Below are positions 30,096 through 35,717 of a stretch of DNA of 35,717 nt, piece after piece. Where the stretch lies: the IMG/VR virus record IMGVR_UViG_3300006099_000051. One strand, 5' to 3'. The position numbers were made by a program, and so were the translations under genes. The first letter of the stretch is position 1; the number at the start of each line of letters is the position of its first letter. The DNA comes from a virus. Under the pieces are notes generated by a model. That model did no database searches, was not told where the DNA came from, and worked only from the letters and a program-made list of their open reading frames with translations.

Positions 30096-31343
30096 ATGGC
30101 GGAATTTTTGCGGCGGCAGATTATGATACCGGACAGGGTGTATAATACTCTCCGGCGTTATGATCCGTTGGTGGCGTGGGAGGTTTTTGAAGCTATTCGG
30201 GTTTATGCGCATTACTGGGATGTCCACCGCAGTGATGATGGATTTGATTTGGCTGCTTTATCGGCAGATGCCAAGGCTGTTTTTTTATCAATTTATGACG
30301 AATTATATGAGTGTAACAGCGCCTATTTTGAGCGCTGTGCTTTGGCGCGGCAGGCTGCGGTGGAAAAAAACAGGCAGGACAAGCAGCGCAAACAGACGCG
30401 GGAGCGTGTCAAAAAATATCGGCAGAAAAATAAAAAATGTAACGCAAAAAGCGCTGATAATAGACAGAAAAGCGTTACAGTAACGCAATGTAACGCAAAA
30501 AATGGACAAGCGCAAAATTCGGCGCAAAATCAGTCTGTATATAGTGTTGCGGCTAAAAGTGTAACGCTTGACAAAAATGGGAATTATACAAAAAAAGCGT
30601 TACAGAATTTCCCTCAAAGCCAGAGCCAGCAAGGGATTGCGGAGAATTGTGCAGGATATAAGGATTATTGTAATACCTCATTACATTCGGTATTACAGGA
30701 TTACTGGAAAGGGGGTATGGGGGAAAACCAAGTTATGCACAAGCTGGGTGCGCCGGCACGGCCGGAGCGTTCACGGGTACTAGGGGAAGCTGGGGGTGCT
30801 GAGATGACAAGTTATGCTTCCCTCGCTGGGGGCAGTAACCAGACAAGCGGTTTGTCTTGCAGTAAGGCAGTGCCGGGCATACGAGACCCCGAACCCATTA
30901 TGCCCGGCAGCCGCAGCGCGGCAGGCAGTAAGGCAGATGACCGTGAGGGCAGTAAGCCGGCAGTAAAGGGCAGTGAGGAAATAGGGGGCAATAAGGGGCG
31001 CTTGAGCAGTAAGGATAGTGAGGTAATAAGCAGTAAGCGGCTTGACGCCGCTGTGCGGCCTACGGCCGGGATTAGCAAGGTTGAAGTGCCGCCTTTGCCA
31101 AGTGCGCCTCATAAACCGGCTGCGCATGAGGTTTTAATTACCAAAGGCTTCAAAATCGATTTGACAGATGAATTTTTTTACCCTTACCGGCGGGCGGATG
31201 GGTTTTTGCTGCGTGGGGTGGAAAATTGGCTGGCGGCTAACAAAAGGGGCTGTTCGGTCGAAAAACGTTGGATTTGCAAGCAAATCTACAAATTTGCCGA
31301 AAGGCAGGGGAAGCTAGAACAGCTTCTCGGCGTGTCTGACTGA
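30096..31343 (+). CDS. Putative replication initiator / replisome organiser (lambda O-like role)
   Basis: 415 aa, at the position of a lambdoid replication gene. It has a basic K/R/Q-rich segment, two internal DNA repeat arrays and a conserved-looking C-terminal domain. No helicase or primase gene is present in the genome. Confidence 0.5.
   Translation: MAEFLRRQIMIPDRVYNTLRRYDPLVAWEVFEAIRVYAHYWDVHRSDDGFDLAALSADAKAVFLSIYDELYECNSAYFERCALARQAAVEKNRQDKQRKQTRERVKKYRQKNKKCNAKSADNRQKSVTVTQCNAKNGQAQNSAQNQSVYSVAAKSVTLDKNGNYTKKALQNFPQSQSQQGIAENCAGYKDYCNTSLHSVLQDYWKGGMGENQVMHKLGAPARPERSRVLGEAGGAEMTSYASLAGGSNQTSGLSCSKAVPGIRDPEPIMPGSRSAAGSKADDREGSKPAVKGSEEIGGNKGRLSSKDSEVISSKRLDAAVRPTAGISKVEVPPLPSAPHKPAAHEVLITKGFKIDLTDEFFYPYRRADGFLLRGVENWLAANKRGCSVEKRWICKQIYKFAERQGKLEQLLGVSD
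30438..30604. repeat. Six copies of TGTAACGC in both orientations inside the replication gene (candidate origin iterons)
   Basis: Forward at 30438-30445, 30480-30486 (GTAACGC), 30489-30496 and 30560-30567. Inverted (GCGTTACA) at 30472-30479 and 30597-30604. Flanked by A-tracts. Confidence 0.7.
30831..31037 (+). repeat. Eight or more direct copies of (G/A)GCAGTAA(G/A) in a GC-rich stretch of the replication gene
   Basis: Copies start at 30831, 30859, 30924, 30948, 30959, 30969 (GGCAGTGAG), 31005 and 31029. They are read as Gly/Ser-Ser-Lys codons. Confidence 0.7.
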
Positions 31344-31374
31344 TGAGTGTGTTTGACAGTTAAGGGAGAATGTT

Positions 31375-31851
31375 ATGAGAGTAAGTAGTGATGAAACTTA
31401 TATCAGCAAAAAGGACTTGGTTCGCACGGATGAAAAGCCTTTTAACCGATTTGTCCGCCGCTACGGGACTTGGTATCGCCGCAGTGCGCTAGAGGTTATT
31501 TATGAAGAAACGGATTGGCTTGCCTATTGTGACGATGATGTTTATAACGCGCTTAATCGTTTTACTGTCGCCAAGCGGTATTTTGGCGATTTCAAGAAAT
31601 CCGGATTGGGAGAAGTCGGCGTTCCAAACATGGCAAAAATAAAAGTTGATGGCGGTTTTAAAGGCTTTGGCAAGTCATCTGCATATATGGAAAGCGCTGA
31701 AAGCCGGTATATTCAGGCCTCTCGTGCTGTTGCTGCTTGGGTTTTGCCTATATTGCAGAGGGTATGTCTTGAGGACAAACTTATTGATAAGGCTCAGGCG
31801 CATCATTTGTGCGCTGGATTGGACTATTTGATTTTTTATTATTTGCATTAA
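31375..31851 (+). CDS. Hypothetical protein; candidate late-gene regulator by position (Q-like slot)
   Basis: 158 aa. RBS agggaga. It is the last sizeable early-right gene, upstream of the terminator and late promoter. No motif recognised. Confidence 0.45.
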   Translation: MRVSSDETYISKKDLVRTDEKPFNRFVRRYGTWYRRSALEVIYEETDWLAYCDDDVYNALNRFTVAKRYFGDFKKSGLGEVGVPNMAKIKVDGGFKGFGKSSAYMESAESRYIQASRAVAAWVLPILQRVCLEDKLIDKAQAHHLCAGLDYLIFYYLH

Positions 31852-31928
31852 AAATTTCATGTTGATGTCTTGTATATGTGATGAGGGTGCTTATATCTTT
31901 TGTCGAATGAAACAAAAAGGAGTTGGCT

Positions 31929-32075
31929 ATGATTGATATGATCACGACTTACTATCTTTTCTTATTTTTTTGCGGTGTCTTTTCTGATGTTAAGCAAGGG
32001 CGCGGATACCCAGTTATTTTAATGGCGTTTCTTTTGGAGATTCCCAAAGCCGGGCGATTTTTTGGGATTTGGTAA
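31929..32075 (+). CDS. Small hydrophobic protein (48 aa, below the track cutoff)
   Basis: RBS aaaggag upstream of the ATG at 31929. MIDMITTYYLFLFFCGVFSDVKQGRGYPVILMAFLLEIPKAGRFFGIW has two hydrophobic segments. Confidence 0.45.
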   Translation: MIDMITTYYLFLFFCGVFSDVKQGRGYPVILMAFLLEIPKAGRFFGIW

Positions 32076-32095
32076 AAGCTTCTGATGGGGGGAAG

Positions 32096-32130
32096 ATGAG
32101 ACTGTTTGGGGAGGCAGTCTCATTTTTTTT
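32096..32130 (+). terminator. Intrinsic terminator ending the early-right operon
   Basis: atgagactg-n10-cagtctcat followed by T8. Confidence 0.85.
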
Positions 32131-32152
32131 ATTATTTCACGAAAAAAAGTTC

Positions 32153-32192
32153 TTGACTTTATCCACAGGGGGATGTAGTGTTTTTCTATAGT
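32153..32192 (+). promoter_or_regulatory. Late promoter, copy B
   Basis: TTGACT (32153-32158), 17 nt, TAGTGT (32176-32181), 5 nt, TATAGT (32187-32192). Near-identical to 11347-11386. Confidence 0.65.
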
Positions 32193-32213
32193 GAAAAATT
32201 GTATGTATATGAA

Positions 32214-32243
32214 ACCCCGCGGGCGTGAGCTTGGCGGGGTTTT
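32214..32243 (+). terminator. Intrinsic terminator in the late leader (first of three)
   Basis: accccgc-n13-gcggggt followed by tttt. Confidence 0.65.
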
Positions 32244-32330
32244 CTGACTCGAAAATACGCGCACGATAATATTTTATTGGGCGCAATGCCTTTAAATGCA
32301 AGGCTTTTAGGCGATTGTTAAAACTTGAAT

Positions 32331-32355
32331 AAACGGCTGATTCAGCCGTTTTTTT
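32331..32355 (+). terminator. Intrinsic terminator immediately upstream of terS
   Basis: aaacggctg-att-cagccgttt followed by T7. A weaker hairpin, gcctt-n7-aaggc-tttt, lies at 32288-32308. Confidence 0.8.
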
Positions 32356-32391
32356 GTGGAAATTTGGGAAAGATGGCGGCGAGGAGGGAGA

Positions 32392-32886
32392 ATGGAGAGC
32401 AAAGAAGAATATTTGGTTAAGTTTAAAAAATGGGGGTTATTGGGCGGTCGGCCGCGGGCTTTTAAAAATCCCCGCGATATGGCTGAGCAGATGGCGGCTT
32501 TTTTGGAACAAGCGCAGAACCGCAGAGTGGAGCGGATTACCAAAAGCGGGCTAGTGACGGCCAATATTCCGGCGCCGACAACCATTGAGGCTTTTTGTGA
32601 TTATTGCGGAATTACCAAGACAACTTTTTACGAGTATGACAAAAAGCCGGAATTTAAGCCTTTGACGCAGTATTACGCGACTAAAGTGGAAAAATACTGG
32701 GTTGACCAATGTGCCGAGGGGATGCCGGGCAATAAAGCCGATTTCATTCTCAAAAATGCCTTTGGCGGCAGCTGGAAAGAGGAAAGCAGCGTTAAAATGG
32801 ATGTGACGCAGGCTTTGGTTGGTTTTGTTGATACTGGCGAGGATGACAATGGAGACAATTCGGGTAAACATACCGAGGCCTTTTGA
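32392..32886 (+). CDS. terS: Terminase small subunit (Terminase_2-like)
   Basis: RBS gaggaggga upstream of the ATG at 32392. PAPTTIEAFCDYCGITKTTFYEY...GNKADFILKNAFGGSWKE matches the small-terminase pattern. Confidence 0.85.
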   Translation: MESKEEYLVKFKKWGLLGGRPRAFKNPRDMAEQMAAFLEQAQNRRVERITKSGLVTANIPAPTTIEAFCDYCGITKTTFYEYDKKPEFKPLTQYYATKVEKYWVDQCAEGMPGNKADFILKNAFGGSWKEESSVKMDVTQALVGFVDTGEDDNGDNSGKHTEAF

Positions 32887-34171
32887 GCCGTTGCTGCGGG
32901 AAAAGTGGCGCTATAAGTTTTATTATGGCGGCCGCGGTGGGGGAAAGTCTTATGCTTTTGCCGACAGCATTTTGATGATTGGGCGGCAGCGAAAGGTGTT
33001 TGTGGCTTGTTTGCGTGAAATTCAGGACTCCATTAAAGATTCTGTTTACAAACTCTTAAGTGATCGTATCAGCCATTATGGGCTGAATGATTACCGGATA
33101 TATGAAGATAGGATTGACAATATAGTCACCGGAACTCGTATTATTTTCAAAGGATTGCGCGATCAAGACCCGCAAAAAATTAAATCGCTTGAGGGCGTGG
33201 ATATTGCATGGATTGAAGAAGCTCAGACTATTACCAAAAAGTCTTGGGATATTTTAGACCCGACTATTCGTAAGGATGGCTCGGAAATCTGGATTTCCAT
33301 GAACCGGATGGAAGTAAACGATGCTTTGTGGAAAATCTTGGCGGCTAACCCGGATGAGCGGACTTTGGTGCGCAAGGTAAATTATTATGATAATCCCTTT
33401 TGCCCGAATGAGATTAAGATTCAGGCCGAAAAATGCAAACGCGCGGATTATGAGGATTATTGCCATATTTGGCTGGGGGAACCTTTGGCGCAAGGCGATT
33501 ACAAGCTGATTAACGCGGAAAAGGTTCGGGAGGCTATGAAGCCAAAAATGGATGCCTCGACCTCGCCGTTGGTTATTGGGTTGGATATTGCCCGCGCCGG
33601 TTCGGATCGTTCTGTCTTTTGTTTCCGAAAAGGGCGGTGGGTTTATAAATTTCACGTTTTGCGCGGTTTTGACACGGTTGAACTGGCTGATTTGACGACC
33701 CGGTTTATCAAAGATTATCAGCCGGCAAGAGTGTTTTTGGATTTGGGAAATTCGGGAGCGGGCGTTTATGACATTTTAAGCCATCGCGGTTATGCCGAAG
33801 TGGTGAAAGGCATTAACTTTGGCGGAAAGGCTATACAGTCGGAGCGTTACAAGAATAAACGCGCGGAAATGTGGGACAGTGTGAATCAATGGCTGCGTCA
33901 GGATTTGCCGGTCGAACTGCCAAATGATGAAGAACTGTTTGACGAGTTGTGCGGCATTGAGCGGATTAAAGTGGCGCAAGATCAGTTGCAGCTTGAGGAT
34001 AAGGATGCTTTTAAGAAACGTTTGGGACGTTCGCCGGATAAGGCGGATGCTTTGGCCTTAACTTTTGCCGAGCCGGTTTATGACACCGGTCGGCCGAAGC
34101 TGTATGGCAACGGTTATGTAACTTTTGATGAATTATTTAACGATGCAGGAAAGGATAATGGCGGATGGTGA
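32849..34171 (+). CDS. terL: Terminase large subunit (PBSX/Terminase_3-like)
   Basis: Walker A YYGGRGGGKSY. Acidic nuclease-domain motifs in the C-terminal half. The start is at 32849 (RBS gagga) or 32843. It overlaps terS. Confidence 0.93.
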   Translation: METIRVNIPRPFEPLLREKWRYKFYYGGRGGGKSYAFADSILMIGRQRKVFVACLREIQDSIKDSVYKLLSDRISHYGLNDYRIYEDRIDNIVTGTRIIFKGLRDQDPQKIKSLEGVDIAWIEEAQTITKKSWDILDPTIRKDGSEIWISMNRMEVNDALWKILAANPDERTLVRKVNYYDNPFCPNEIKIQAEKCKRADYEDYCHIWLGEPLAQGDYKLINAEKVREAMKPKMDASTSPLVIGLDIARAGSDRSVFCFRKGRWVYKFHVLRGFDTVELADLTTRFIKDYQPARVFLDLGNSGAGVYDILSHRGYAEVVKGINFGGKAIQSERYKNKRAEMWDSVNQWLRQDLPVELPNDEELFDELCGIERIKVAQDQLQLEDKDAFKKRLGRSPDKADALALTFAEPVYDTGRPKLYGNGYVTFDELFNDAGKDNGGW

Positions 34172-34428
34172 TGAGAGCAATACTTGATAGAGTGTTTATT
34201 CGTTTAGACAGCAAGGAAAAGACAACAGCCGGCGGGATTATTCTCACCGAAAGTCACGAAAGTGAGCAGACTATCGGCACGGTGGAGGCTGTCGGGCCGG
34301 ATGTGGATTCCGTGAAAGTGGGGGAGCGAGTGCTTTTCCATGTGTTTGACGAGCTGCCGACTTATGATCCGGATGTGGTGGTGGTTCGTGAGAGTTCGCT
34401 GCTGGGCGTGTTTACTGACGAGGATTGA
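34165..34428 (+). CDS. GroES/Cpn10-like co-chaperonin
   Basis: ILDRVFIRLDSKEKTTAGGIILTESHESEQTIGTVEAVGPDV...VKVGERVLF aligns with GroES ([27 protein letters not shown]...GEVLAVGNG...VKVGDIVIF). It overlaps the terL stop. Confidence 0.8.
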   Translation: MVMRAILDRVFIRLDSKEKTTAGGIILTESHESEQTIGTVEAVGPDVDSVKVGERVLFHVFDELPTYDPDVVVVRESSLLGVFTDED

Positions 34429-34430
34429 TC

Positions 34431-35717
34431 ATGGAAAACGGAAATGATTTGTCTAAATCCGGAAAAGTAAAGCTTTGGCATGAGCGTTTATCTAGGGCTG
34501 AGGAAAAGTACCGAGCGTTTCATGAGCTGATTAAGGAGACGCGAGAGTACTACAAAAACGCCAAAGATAAGAATAATCATAATATTTTTTGGGCTTCAGT
34601 CGAAACGATGAAGCCTTTTTTATATTTCAAGCAGCCGCGGCCTTATATTGACCGGAAGAACAAAAATGATAATCCGGTGGAAGCGGCGGCCTGCAAGATT
34701 ATTGAGAAGGCTTTAGTTTGGGATTTGGCACAATTTGATTTTGACTCGGTGATTAAATATGTCCGCAATGATTTTCTGATTTCCGGAATGGGATTGGCCG
34801 AAGAAAAATATGAGGCGGAATTTGAAGACGTGGCTTGGGGTGATGAATTACAGGCTGTTAAATCCTCTGAAAAAGTGGTGACCTCATATATTGATCCGGT
34901 AGATTTTATTGTTGATGTCGAGAAGGTCGGCATCTGGGAAGATGTGACTTGGGTTGCGCGGAAAATCTGGATGACAAAACAGGAAGTCATAGACGCTTTT
35001 GGCAAAGAGGCGAAAGACCTGATTGTTGCGCCGGATGAAAAGGAATATCAGGGTAAGGACACTTTAATCTATAAAATATGGGATAAAACGTCCTCTCGTA
35101 TTTATTGGCTGTCAAAAGAATGCAAAACGGATTTTCTGAAAATCAGTGATGATTTGCTGAAGCTTAATGGTTTTTTTCCGATGCCGAAGCCGATTTTTGC
35201 AACGCAGAGCAATGATTGTCTTATTCCCGTGCCGGATTACAGCGAAATTAAGCCTTTGTTGGGGGAAATGAAAGGGATTGTCGAGCGGATGCGTTTGACG
35301 ATGAAAGCTTTAAAAGTCAGCGGCGCTTATGACAAGTCTTTTCCTGAATTGAGTGATATTTTGCGCAAAGATGTGACTTTGTTGGCGGTGCCTGATTTTC
35401 AGAAGCTTAAAGAAGCCGGCGGTCTGCGGGGAATTATAGATTTTGCGCCGATTGAGCAATATGCGCAAGTGTTGGTTAATTTAGCGCAGCGGCGTCAGGA
35501 AATTAAAGCCGAGTTGTTTGAAATCACCGGCGTGTCGGACATTATGCGAGGAAACTCTGACCCGAGGGAAACCGCCTCCGCCGTGCGGCAAAAGACCAAT
35601 TTTGGCAGTTTGCGCAACCAAGACCGGCAGAATGATATGCAACGCTTTATATCTGATTTGTTCCGGTTAAAAGCCGAAGCTATTTGCGAATGTTTTGAGG
35701 CGGAAAGGCTGGCGGGG
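34431..35717 (+). CDS. Portal protein, N-terminal 429 codons. The ORF runs off the window end and continues at 78..638, about 615 aa in total.
   Basis: ATG at 34431, just after the upstream stop. No stop codon through 35717 (1287 nt). It sits after the terminase, and its size and the ITGVSDIMRGNSDPRETASAVRQK segment are portal-like. Confidence 0.85.
   Translation, partial: MENGNDLSKSGKVKLWHERLSRAEEKYRAFHELIKETREYYKNAKDKNNHNIFWASVETMKPFLYFKQPRPYIDRKNKNDNPVEAAACKIIEKALVWDLAQFDFDSVIKYVRNDFLISGMGLAEEKYEAEFEDVAWGDELQAVKSSEKVVTSYIDPVDFIVDVEKVGIWEDVTWVARKIWMTKQEVIDAFGKEAKDLIVAPDEKEYQGKDTLIYKIWDKTSSRIYWLSKECKTDFLKISDDLLKLNGFFPMPKPIFATQSNDCLIPVPDYSEIKPLLGEMKGIVERMRLTMKALKVSGAYDKSFPELSDILRKDVTLLAVPDFQKLKEAGGLRGIIDFAPIEQYAQVLVNLAQRRQEIKAELFEITGVSDIMRGNSDPRETASAVRQKTNFGSLRNQDRQNDMQRFISDLFRLKAEAICECFEAERLAG
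35641..35717. repeat. Terminal overlap identical to 1..77
   Basis: Direct comparison gives 77/77 nt identity with the window start. Confidence 0.97.

Larger units (their letters stand above)
1..35717. mobile_element. Complete temperate phage genome, circular assembly (about 35,640 bp unique), attP form
   Basis: The two ends share an identical 77 nt. The portal ORF crosses the junction in frame. Packaging, head, tail, fibre, lysis, integration, immunity and replication modules are all present. The integrase lies next to a tRNA-Phe 3' fragment with phage DNA on both sides. Confidence 0.85.

Noticed and set aside
32019-32585. Minus-strand track ORFs 32019..32264 and 32307..32585
   Set aside because: They run antisense through the terminator, late promoter and leader region and the start of terS. 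They have no RBS and a composition typical of non-coding frames.

Overview
The window is one complete, circularly closed genome of a temperate tailed phage. Its unique length is about 35,640 bp: nt 1-77 are identical to nt 35641-35717, and the portal ORF reads across that junction in frame. Going round the genome, the modules are as follows. (1) Packaging and virion genes: terS, terL, a GroES-like gene, portal, scaffold, major capsid, adaptor- and nozzle-like tail genes, and internal virion (ejection) proteins. The order is T7-like and there is no tape measure, so this is probably a podovirus. (2) A promoter- and terminator-bounded moron plus a Bro/antirepressor-like gene. (3) A tail-fibre cluster built from paralogous modules. 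(4) An unexplained four-gene block. (5) Lysis genes: holin, GH24 endolysin and overlapping i/o-spanins, which imply a diderm host. (6) A small operon encoding an acidic protein and an HTH protein. (7) attP, carrying the 3' half of tRNA-Phe, with a tyrosine integrase and an excisionase. (8) A leftward early operon of tightly coupled small genes, including DUF1566-type paralogues and a DUF2829/Tad2-like gene. (9) A cI(S24)-DUF3800 immunity operon divergent from cro. (10) Two orphan DNA methyltransferases, a GapR/DUF2312 homologue, and an O-like replication gene with internal repeat arrays. (11) A candidate late regulator followed by a late promoter. I saw no rRNA, complete tRNA, CRISPR array, transposase or reverse transcriptase. 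All family names are calls made by eye from remembered motif signatures, not database hits. The leads I consider most worth follow-up are these: a duplicated late-promoter cassette with lambdoid Q/qut-like architecture; the cI-coupled DUF3800 gene together with an OOP-like convergent small RNA; an acr-aca-like operon next to attP; three DUF1566 paralogues that share nucleotide-identical islands; a fibre locus with a recurring module-boundary motif and a single in-frame TAG; two repeat arrays inside the replication gene; and virion-module oddities (a GroES homologue, a serum-amyloid-A-like protein, and an S74 chaperone domain on a Q/N-rich protein).
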